Source: an uncultured virus (IMG/VR IMGVR_UViG_3300017950_001657) (taxonomy: Duplodnaviria > Heunggongvirae > Uroviricota > Caudoviricetes). Taken from it: DNA of 20,000 nucleotides. The translations under genes and the position numbers were made by a program. Shown here in pieces: positions 1-6,970 of the stretch. The DNA lies in IMG/VR virus record IMGVR_UViG_3300017950_001657. The stretch is one strand, 5' to 3'. Below the pieces are notes generated by a model. It was not told the DNA's origin and ran no database searches. It saw only the letters and a list, made by a program, of their open reading frames with translations. How positions within the stretch are numbered: position 1 is the first letter of the stretch; each line of letters starts with the position of its first letter.

Positions 1-2
1 AA

Positions 3-287
3 GCAACATGGGAAAATAAACAGCTCAATGTTATCGAAGCTGCTCAAAAGGCATATGCGTGGGCTATTGAGAATGGTATTGCTAAAGAACAAGCCAGAGC
101 TGTATTGCCTGAGGGCAATACAGTAAGCCGCATGTATATGAACGGTACGCTACGTAGTTGGGTACACTACATTGAACTACGTGGTGCTAATGGTACTCAA
201 AAAGAACACATGGATATTGCCCATGCGTGTGCACGAGTAATTGCAGATGTGTTCCCACTTGCGGACGAAATGTTTGAATGGACGTAA
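3..287 (+). CDS. thyX: FAD-dependent thymidylate synthase ThyX, C-terminal part (5' truncated by window edge)
   Basis: Frame is open from position 3: ATWENKQLNVIEAAQKAYAWAIENGIAKEQARAVLPEGNTVSRMYMNGTLRSWVHYIELRGANGTQKEH. The GIAKEQARAVLP and MNGTLRSWxHYxxLR...TQKEH segments are typical of ThyX C-termini. Stop TAA at 285-287. Confidence 0.93.
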   Translation, partial: ATWENKQLNVIEAAQKAYAWAIENGIAKEQARAVLPEGNTVSRMYMNGTLRSWVHYIELRGANGTQKEHMDIAHACARVIADVFPLADEMFEWT

Positions 288-550
288 CTCACAACTGGGT
301 ACCTAAACATTCATACCCACAAGGTTGCGGTTACTGGAAAGTATACGAACATCAAATACCCCTCGAGCGTGATGGTGTAATTGGCGAGAGCATATGGTGG
401 GCGGCAAATAAATGTAAAAGTCGCTGGGGTTGGTATTTTACAGAACATGACAGTCATGCTGTTACAGGCAATGCTGTTATGACATTTGAAGATCCTAAAG
501 AAATGGTTTTTTGGGCAATACGTTGGCTAGCAGAACATAGGAAAAAATAA
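278..550 (+). CDS. Hypothetical protein, 90 aa, Trp-rich, phage-type small protein
   Basis: ATG overlaps the thyX end and its stop overlaps the next start (TAATG 548-552). C-terminal 'TFEDPKEMVFWAIRW' resembles ends of small orphan proteins of large phages. No function recognised. Confidence 0.7.
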   Translation: MDVTHNWVPKHSYPQGCGYWKVYEHQIPLERDGVIGESIWWAANKCKSRWGWYFTEHDSHAVTGNAVMTFEDPKEMVFWAIRWLAEHRKK

Positions 551-819
551 TGGCAAAAGTTATTAAGAAAATTATTACTACTCCACCTGATATAGATAGT
601 ATTACTCAAAAGCTTGGTATTGGTAGATTAGAACTGGTCAGCATTGCAGCTAATATAGCCAGAACTAAAAGGGTAAAAGCTACCGAGGCATTGTGGATGC
701 TGGATCGGGGCGAAGTGGCCTTGGAGCAAGTTCGAGAAAATATTGTTCTACAGTTACAAAAACACGTTCCAGAACTGGAACAAAAGCAAGAAGATGATAC
801 GCCTACACAATCTGAATAG
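550..819 (+). CDS. RNA polymerase omega subunit (RpoZ)-like protein, divergent
   Basis: IDSITQKLGIGRLELVSIAANIAR resembles RpoZ 'VEDCxxKVxNRFELVLLAxxRAR'. TEALWMLDRGEV resembles 'VxALREIxxGxx'. EQVRENIVLQLQKHVPELE resembles the alphaproteobacterial RpoZ extension 'xxLKEDLIHSLQKHVEVDE'. AGGA at 539-542 precedes the ATG. Recognition from memory, no alignment run. Confidence 0.55.
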   Translation: MAKVIKKIITTPPDIDSITQKLGIGRLELVSIAANIARTKRVKATEALWMLDRGEVALEQVRENIVLQLQKHVPELEQKQEDDTPTQSE

Positions 820-1786
820 ACTATACGAGGAACTATCTCCAAGTTTAGAACGCATGAACGACCTGGTTTTAAAATCAGGTCGTGTCATGTTGGGCGAATT
901 TACTGAAAAATTTGAAAACAGAATAGCAACTGTTGCTGGTGTTGAACATGCCGCAGTAGTAGGCAGTGGCAGTGATGCCTTGTATTATGCTCTAATAGCA
1001 GAAAAGGTAGATGGACCAGTAGCAATGCCTGCGCAAACATTTATTGCTACTAGCAATAGCATCGCAAGAGCAGGATGTCAGCCTGTGTGTATTGACATTA
1101 AACCTAATGGATTGCTTGATTGGAATTTAGTTCCGCAAGAGATTGAAACAGCGGTATGGGTAGGATTGTTTGGAAACACTGAACATATTCCTGATGACTG
1201 TTTTGTAATAGAAGATGGTGCTCAACATTTTGGAGCGCCCTTACAAGCAGACACTGCTGCTTACAGTTTTGATCCCACAAAAGCATTACCCAACTTTGGC
1301 AATGGTGGTGCTGTAGTAAGCTGGGATAAAAAGGTTATTGATAGAGTAAAAGAATTACGTAGACATCATACAGTAGACGGGCATGTTGGTGGCAATAGTA
1401 TTATGAGCGAGCGTGATTGTGCTGAGATGCTAGTTAAATTAGATCATTTCCCGTTCTGGCAAGAGCGTAGACAGGAGATTGCTAGAGATTATCATCAGCA
1501 GTTAGGCAGATACGTAAAGTGTGTAACTGATGCAGATGGACAAGTTAGTAAGTTTGTTATTGAAACATCACGTAGAGCTGACTTACAAGCACATCTAACA
1601 CATCGTAAAATAGAAACAAAACGTGCCTATAGTGAGCCTATTGCTACACTAGACAGAGCAGTGGCAAACTGTCATAAGTTTTTACAGTTGCCTTGCGATC
1701 CATATATGACTGATGAAGAACTGTTAGCTGTTGTAGTGGCTATCAAAGAATTCTTTGAGGAAAGCCCACTCGAAGGTTTGCTGTAG
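794..1786 (+). CDS. DegT/DnrJ/EryC1/StrS-family PLP-dependent (NDP-)sugar aminotransferase
   Basis: Motifs GSGSDAL, PAQTFIATSNSI, IEDGAQHFGA and SFDPTKALPNFGNGGAVV (PLP Lys). Start moved from the track's TTG at 743 to ATG at 794 (MIRLHNL..., typical DegT N-terminus). Confidence 0.93.
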   Translation: MIRLHNLNRLYEELSPSLERMNDLVLKSGRVMLGEFTEKFENRIATVAGVEHAAVVGSGSDALYYALIAEKVDGPVAMPAQTFIATSNSIARAGCQPVCIDIKPNGLLDWNLVPQEIETAVWVGLFGNTEHIPDDCFVIEDGAQHFGAPLQADTAAYSFDPTKALPNFGNGGAVVSWDKKVIDRVKELRRHHTVDGHVGGNSIMSERDCAEMLVKLDHFPFWQERRQEIARDYHQQLGRYVKCVTDADGQVSKFVIETSRRADLQAHLTHRKIETKRAYSEPIATLDRAVANCHKFLQLPCDPYMTDEELLAVVVAIKEFFEESPLEGLL

Positions 1787-2965
1787 ATCATTTCCATCTT
1801 GAACATACTTGACTGCATCTTCAGCACCTCGCACACTCCACTCACCGTTCTCACCATTACCAACTGTACTCCATTGCTCTAGTCTATAACGACTCTCAAT
1901 GTCCGACTGTTGAGTAAGTTTAACACACTCACGAAACGCTGTACGCCAAGTTTCATATGGTGTGGTGTTAAAGTCAGCAGTGCTTCCTACGACAGGTACT
2001 ACACCATGTCTAGCACTTAGCGTAAAATCCAATCCCCATTCTGTAGCATCTAACACCATCTGTTTGTGGTATGCAATAATACCCATGTGCCCATATTCTA
2101 GTCCGTTAACAGGATTACGACTATGAAATATCCAGTGTTTGGGCCCTTGTAGCCAGTCCGGTTGCCACTTAAAATTAAAGTCGGGCTCGACGATACACTT
2201 AGCAAACACGTTAAAGAACCAGGGTGTTTCGCTTATCTCAGCACAGGCTTTGTATGCTTGTGCTCTGCCTGTGACGCCGTCTATGCGCTTGGCTCTAGGG
2301 CACTGTGCCTTTAACAGAAACCAGTTTTTATCGGCGTTTTTTTCACCATTACTAAGATATACAACATCTAGTGGCTTTTCTTCTATATTATAGTCCGTAT
2401 GACGCAATATGTATGGGTAGTCATAGAATTGGTCCTTAAAATGCTGTTTACAGTCCCTAGGCACTAGTAGTACACTGCCGCTCTGTGTAAAGGCGTGTAG
2501 ATCACGTTTTTTCCATAGACTGGGATCATAGTTAATGTCTGCGGGAGTTTGCTTGTGCCATGCATATAGGCTTGTTTGTTCATTCAAACTATCAACTGTA
2601 GGCCACTCATAACGCTGTATATAGGGCTCTGTATGCCAGTTGATATGCTTGTACCACTCTAGTAGTTTAAGGCCCTCTTGTTGACGCTTAAAAGCAGCTA
2701 CAGGCACTAGGAAAGTATCCCCAAACTGCTGGTTACCGCTAGCCCAACAGTGTATCTGATCTGCTTCCCAGGGTGCAGGTTGCCATGTAAAATCAAATGT
2801 TGCATAATTGCAACAGTCTGCTACAATCCACACATACTCTGTACGAGCACGGTTAACACACCTACGTATTGTATCTAGGTGTGTACCGTTCCAACGAGTG
2901 TATTGTGTGTGGGCTGGTAGGTCAACAGTATTACCTGTAATCTGCATGCAAAAGATATCAAACAT
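1724..2965 (-). CDS. Putative glycosyltransferase-like protein (GT-A-like, internally duplicated domain)
   Basis: Second half has DVVYLSNGEKNADKNW...RAKRIDGVTG...AYKACAEISETPWFF...NPVNGLEYGHMG...TPYETWRTAFRECVKL, a GT2-like phage family pattern. The N-terminal half repeats 'TEYVWIV...FDFTWQP' versus 'TPWFFNV...FNFKWQP'. Confidence 0.6.
   Translation of the reverse strand: MFDIFCMQITGNTVDLPAHTQYTRWNGTHLDTIRRCVNRARTEYVWIVADCCNYATFDFTWQPAPWEADQIHCWASGNQQFGDTFLVPVAAFKRQQEGLKLLEWYKHINWHTEPYIQRYEWPTVDSLNEQTSLYAWHKQTPADINYDPSLWKKRDLHAFTQSGSVLLVPRDCKQHFKDQFYDYPYILRHTDYNIEEKPLDVVYLSNGEKNADKNWFLLKAQCPRAKRIDGVTGRAQAYKACAEISETPWFFNVFAKCIVEPDFNFKWQPDWLQGPKHWIFHSRNPVNGLEYGHMGIIAYHKQMVLDATEWGLDFTLSARHGVVPVVGSTADFNTTPYETWRTAFRECVKLTQQSDIESRYRLEQWSTVGNGENGEWSVRGAEDAVKYVQDGNDLQQTFEWAFLKEFFDSHYNS
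1743..1758. repeat. Perfect 16-bp palindrome TCAAAGAATTCTTTGA inside the convergent gene overlap
   Basis: The sequence equals its own reverse complement and encodes KEFF on both strands. Confidence 0.9.
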
Positions 2966-2966
2966 T

Positions 2967-3617
2967 CTATAAAAACTTATTCATAATGAAATCAGCTATA
3001 GCCCTATGTCCTATTCTGTTAGGATGCATTTCACATGGCCTTATAAAATTTTGAACATCACTATTATTATCTTGTAGCCAACATGAAAAATCTCCACAAT
3101 GTGGATATTCTGCAAAGTAATTTTGTGTGTCAAAAACTTCTTTGACTAAACAAGAACGTTTACTAATTAACCATGCGTTATCTGGAATCAGATCGTACAA
3201 GAAACTTTCTGCTAACTGCCCTGCAAATAAATTTACAAAGTAGCACTGTATACCCAAATCCTGGCACCATTTATATAAAATATAAAGAGTTTGGCTTGCA
3301 ACTATGTCATCATTGTAGTCGTTGCCAGTCATTTGTAGTATGCGAAGTTCACTAATTTCTTGGGCAGTGCCTTCTGAATAATCTATGTAGTTATTGTAAT
3401 CTTTGTAAAACATCTGTCTACTTGGATCTGTCAAACAAAAAATTGCTATACTAAAATCTTTTCGTACCTCATTAAAACGTCTAAGTAATCCAGGAATACT
3501 TGTTCCGTTAACACCATAGTTGTTTGATCCTAACAAACAAGGAAAAGACCACTTACTATCTAACTCAGCTCCATATACCCAACTATCTCCAAAAAAAACT
3601 ACACGATTAAAATCCAA
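2967..3617 (-). CDS. SGNH/GDSL-like hydrolase or acyltransferase
   Basis: Block I FFGDSW, block II NYGVNGTS, C-terminal HPNRIGHRAIA. No signal peptide. Confidence 0.8.
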   Translation of the reverse strand: MDFNRVVFFGDSWVYGAELDSKWSFPCLLGSNNYGVNGTSIPGLLRRFNEVRKDFSIAIFCLTDPSRQMFYKDYNNYIDYSEGTAQEISELRILQMTGNDYNDDIVASQTLYILYKWCQDLGIQCYFVNLFAGQLAESFLYDLIPDNAWLISKRSCLVKEVFDTQNYFAEYPHCGDFSCWLQDNNSDVQNFIRPCEMHPNRIGHRAIADFIMNKFL

Positions 3618-4572
3618 GATACTGCTCCCTATTATTAATTAAAAAATTAGTTTCCTGTTCAATCCAATTGAGTGTGTTTAGACTGCGTTGGACATTCTTT
3701 CGATACACATTTCTATTATGATTAAATCTAGATTCGAGTTGAACGATATCATATTCTGTTAACGGTATTTTACTTAACCTCAATACTTCTTGCTGGAATC
3801 TCCACATACGGACATCATGATTAGACTCATTGTCAAAACTTGTATCAACAATGTTATCAAAAACATCAAATCCTAAATTTTTAAGATACTGGTAAGTGCC
3901 CCTGGGTCCATAGATAAGAGGTATGTAGCCCCATAAAAAAGGTTTAATACTTTTTTCTGTTAATCCTATATAATTTTCTGTACAGTAGGTTTCTGCACAT
4001 ACGTCAAACAAAAAGTTATGCACAGGATAGAAGTTTCCTACATTGGGACCTATATCCCTATGTACTTTGTCCTCCAAAAAGTTTTTATACGGTTGTTCTA
4101 TTTCATCTTCTATATAGCCGCGCTGGCTATTATTATTATAACTTGCATATGATAAATCTAATAACTGGTTGTCTTTAAAAAAATAAAATAGTTCTTTTCT
4201 TGGCTTAGTAGGTCGGTTGTTAAGGAAACAAAAAGTTTTCTCAAGGGAGACTTTCCTAAGTTTAGGCAACTCATCAAAAGTATGATCAAAATTTACAGCA
4301 TTCTGAAATTTTAAAAATAATAATTCGGGTCTATAAACATAGTTAAAGTTTGAAAAATGATTGATAAACAGAGAGGGATAATAACAAAAACTGTACAGTC
4401 TGTAATATTTTGTGTAAAGGTTGTTTATTTTTTTGTCAGTAACCTGTTTTACCCATTCAACAATATCTTTATCAAAATTGTCGTCCCAATGGATTAATGT
4501 TACTATACTCGACCGTTCGTTTTTCCAGTAAATATCATGGTAAATTTCAAAATTTGATAATTTAGGAATCAC
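3607..4572 (-). CDS. Putative glycosyltransferase, GT10 (alpha-1,3-fucosyltransferase)-like GT-B family, paralog 1
   Basis: CFLNNRPTKPR...AETYCTENYIGLTEKSIKPFLWGYIPLIYG...LKNLGFDVFD. The E..TEK..P motif recalls the GT10 donor-binding motif. GTG start overlaps the dCMP deaminase stop. Confidence 0.6.
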   Translation of the reverse strand: MIPKLSNFEIYHDIYWKNERSSIVTLIHWDDNFDKDIVEWVKQVTDKKINNLYTKYYRLYSFCYYPSLFINHFSNFNYVYRPELLFLKFQNAVNFDHTFDELPKLRKVSLEKTFCFLNNRPTKPRKELFYFFKDNQLLDLSYASYNNNSQRGYIEDEIEQPYKNFLEDKVHRDIGPNVGNFYPVHNFLFDVCAETYCTENYIGLTEKSIKPFLWGYIPLIYGPRGTYQYLKNLGFDVFDNIVDTSFDNESNHDVRMWRFQQEVLRLSKIPLTEYDIVQLESRFNHNRNVYRKNVQRSLNTLNWIEQETNFLINNREQYLGF

Positions 4573-5011
4573 TTAATTGCTCCACTGGTATGTTACATTC
4601 CTGCAGAAACTTTAGTCCAGCATCCAGTCTATATGGATGCACATAATACACTTCACTAATGCCGCTTTGATATAAAAGTTTAGCACATTCCATACAAGGT
4701 TGATGTGTTATAAAAGCACTGGCACCTTCGCCGCTCTCACTACAGCGAGCAAGTTTCGCGATAGCATTAGACTCTGCATGAAGCACTTCTGGTTTAGTAA
4801 CTAACTCCTTTGTTACCTCAATCTTAGATACTTTAGAAAAGACCTCATCTTCACATTCATTAGTCCAGCCGCTGGGCATCCCATTGTAGCCAATGCTAAT
4901 AACACGATTGTCTTTAACAATCACACAACCAACCTTTAATCTGACAGCAGTACTACATTCAGCATATGCAAACGCTGCTTTCATGTGTGCTACTTTGTGC
5001 TTTTCTTTCAC
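4562..5011 (-). CDS. dCMP deaminase (ComEB / T4 Cd family)
   Basis: VGCVIVKDNRVISIGYNGMPSG, HAESNAI and PCMECAK Zn-binding motifs. Likely start is GTG at 5011 (GTGA overlap with the upstream stop, AGGA just upstream). The track's ATG at 5032 is an alternative. Confidence 0.95.
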   Translation of the reverse strand: MKEKHKVAHMKAAFAYAECSTAVRLKVGCVIVKDNRVISIGYNGMPSGWTNECEDEVFSKVSKIEVTKELVTKPEVLHAESNAIAKLARCSESGEGASAFITHQPCMECAKLLYQSGISEVYYVHPYRLDAGLKFLQECNIPVEQLSDS

Positions 5012-5340
5012 AGTCCTAAATCCATTCTCCATGGATACATCGTATAGCCAAGAGGACGTAAGACGAACTCTTCAAATAGTATAATGACAACAATACCAAA
5101 TACCCATTGCACCCAACGTGGCCATGTTGCTTGCCAGCGTGTAAATGGACGTAATATCCATGCCAATATATTGGTTACCTTGCCCCAGAACCAATCACCT
5201 ACACTAAAGGGAGGAACTTTCCACAGTACTACAGGAACTATTAACCACCATACCCACTGTGGATAATCATCATTAGGATCATCTATTACAATCATTAGAA
5301 CTAGTAGTGCTAGTAGGTATGCACCGATCCATTTTTTCAT
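5008..5340 (-). CDS. Small integral membrane protein, possibly SxtJ-like
   Basis: Hydrophobic segments WIGAYLLALLVLMIVI, WVWWLIVPVVLW and WVFGIVVIILF. Lies directly downstream of the carbamoyltransferase. Start ATG at 5340 (alternative 5355). Confidence 0.7.
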   Translation of the reverse strand: MKKWIGAYLLALLVLMIVIDDPNDDYPQWVWWLIVPVVLWKVPPFSVGDWFWGKVTNILAWILRPFTRWQATWPRWVQWVFGIVVIILFEEFVLRPLGYTMYPWRMDLGL

Positions 5341-5345
5341 ATGTG

Positions 5346-6872
5346 CTAGGAACATACTCTTACTCCATATTTCTTTTCAAAACGATTTGCGTCTGTGCGA
5401 TCATTTACCATTGGCTCTCCACGAATATTAAGACTAGTGTTTAGTAGCATAGGACAGTCCGTTAACACATACCATTTCTCTAATAAATCTCTAGCACCCG
5501 TCTTATCATCCTTGCCCACGGTTTGCACACGGCTCGTACCGTCATGATGTACAATGGCAGGAAAACGTTCAGGGTGCTTGCACTTATAGGTATGTTGCAT
5601 ATATGGACTTTTATCCCCGTCCATTTTAAAATAATCTTGTGCATGTTCCTCGAGTATCATAGGCGCAAAAGGTCTAAACTTTTGTCTACGTTTGATTTCG
5701 TTTACGCGGTCCTTGATATCTGCACCACGTGGATCAGCAAGTAGACTACGATTACCTAGGGCACGTGGACCAAACTCTGCACGACCACTTGCAACTCCTA
5801 CAATACCTTCACGCTGTAGCTCACCAATAATCTCTTCACTTGGATATTCTCCAGGAATGTTTGTGCCTAAATACGGCCCTTGCCAGTTTAACTGTTTACC
5901 ATATGCTAGCGCGGCTGCGCCTAGACTTGAACCACAGTCTCCTGGATTAGGCATAATCCACATATCATTCCATATATCTCTGATGTGACTGTTTGCCACA
6001 CAATTAAGAGCAACTCCACCCATGAACACACAATTTTGTAAGTGTAAACCCCAACGTGTGCCTGCAAGTTGTCGCATAAAAGTTCCTAAAAAACGTTCTG
6101 TGGTTAACTGAGTTGCACGAGCAAGAGTCTCTTTGCCGTATTCAGCACCAAACTCGTATTCTATGCCTGTATGAAAGTTTCGTTTAAATTTTTGTTTGTG
6201 ATCCTGATCAATAGCCATTTCCCATACGTCACGATATGCATCTTTTTTACCGTATGCAGCCATACCCATTAGAATGTATTCTTCTTCCATAGGCTTCAAG
6301 CCTACACGATGTGTCATAGCACTATAAAATAAACCTAGACTATGAGGATAAAGCTGACGATATAATCTTTGATATTGTGCATGACCATCGTCGTCATACC
6401 AAGCTCGCCATGCTGTAATAGTATCCCATTCTCCTATGGCATCGATGACGACAACCATTGCTTCTTCAAATGGGCTAGTTTGAAATCCTGCTGCTGCATG
6501 ACTCAAGTGATGGCTGTATGTACGAATTCTTCTAGTAGGTCGACTGTCCATGCTAACAGATGTTGGCATAACATCATTGAGGTAAGGACTTAGATGTGCC
6601 CTAGGACTTTTATCGTTCAAAGCCTTTCGCCATTCACCGCTATAAATTTGACGTGTCTTTTTTAGCCAAGGACGTTCATACCATGCAATTACATCAGGCA
6701 TCCCGTATCCTAGTGCCTCTTGCATAATGCCATCATTAAGTTCAGCATCATTTTTAATTTTGCTATAGCGTTCGCTATGACCAGCAAATAATATATTGCC
6801 GTTACCGTCTACAACACTCACACCAGCATCATGAAAGCCGGCGCTCACACCCATGTATGTTTTAATTTTCAT
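5346..6872 (-). CDS. O-carbamoyltransferase, NodU/CmcH/TobZ family
   Basis: FHDAG, ERYSKIK, HHLSHAAAG, DAIGE, SLGLFYS, EYILMGMAAYG, GGVALNCVAN, PGDCGSSLGAA (Kae1-like domain), then EFGPRALGNRSLLADP, FRPFAP, HHDGTSRVQTV and LLNTSLNIRGEP (YrdC-like domain). Confidence 0.97.
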   Translation of the reverse strand: MKIKTYMGVSAGFHDAGVSVVDGNGNILFAGHSERYSKIKNDAELNDGIMQEALGYGMPDVIAWYERPWLKKTRQIYSGEWRKALNDKSPRAHLSPYLNDVMPTSVSMDSRPTRRIRTYSHHLSHAAAGFQTSPFEEAMVVVIDAIGEWDTITAWRAWYDDDGHAQYQRLYRQLYPHSLGLFYSAMTHRVGLKPMEEEYILMGMAAYGKKDAYRDVWEMAIDQDHKQKFKRNFHTGIEYEFGAEYGKETLARATQLTTERFLGTFMRQLAGTRWGLHLQNCVFMGGVALNCVANSHIRDIWNDMWIMPNPGDCGSSLGAAALAYGKQLNWQGPYLGTNIPGEYPSEEIIGELQREGIVGVASGRAEFGPRALGNRSLLADPRGADIKDRVNEIKRRQKFRPFAPMILEEHAQDYFKMDGDKSPYMQHTYKCKHPERFPAIVHHDGTSRVQTVGKDDKTGARDLLEKWYVLTDCPMLLNTSLNIRGEPMVNDRTDANRFEKKYGVRVCS

Positions 6873-6970
6873 TTGTAAATAAAAGGATCTCTTTTACGTA
6901 GTTCTTTTAGTCGCTTGCGATACTGTATCTCAAGTTTAATTCTATTAATAAGGTTGCGAATCCATTTCAT
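6869..6970 (-). CDS. 33-aa basic peptide MKWIRNLINRIKLEIQYRKRLKELRKRDPFIYK (not in ORF track)
   Basis: Fills the 6873-6969 gap exactly. ATG at 6970-6968 overlaps the upstream TAA (TAATG) and TGA at 6871-6869 overlaps the carbamoyltransferase ATG (ATGA), so it is coupled at both ends. Confidence 0.85.
   Translation of the reverse strand: MKWIRNLINRIKLEIQYRKRLKELRKRDPFIYK

Noticed and set aside
743..793. Extended N-terminus of the DegT ORF (likewise 11431-11520 and 19028-19084 for other genes)
   Set aside because: These are long overlaps with the upstream gene. Downstream ATG/GTG starts give family-typical N-termini and shorter coupled overlaps.
3579..3590. 12-bp CCAACTATCTCC shared with the second SGNH gene (about 16602-16613)
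   Set aside because: It encodes the conserved GDSW motif and is too short to imply more than shared residues.
3591..3598. A8 homopolymer near the 5' end of the SGNH gene as a phase-variation tract
   Set aside because: Short tract in AT-rich DNA encoding V-F-F with the frame intact. No evidence of slippage without reads.
5346..6872. Calling the carbamoyltransferase part of a saxitoxin, Nod-factor or aminoglycoside pathway
   Set aside because: No sxtA, nodABC or 2-deoxy-scyllo-inosose synthase genes are visible. Family membership alone does not give the product.
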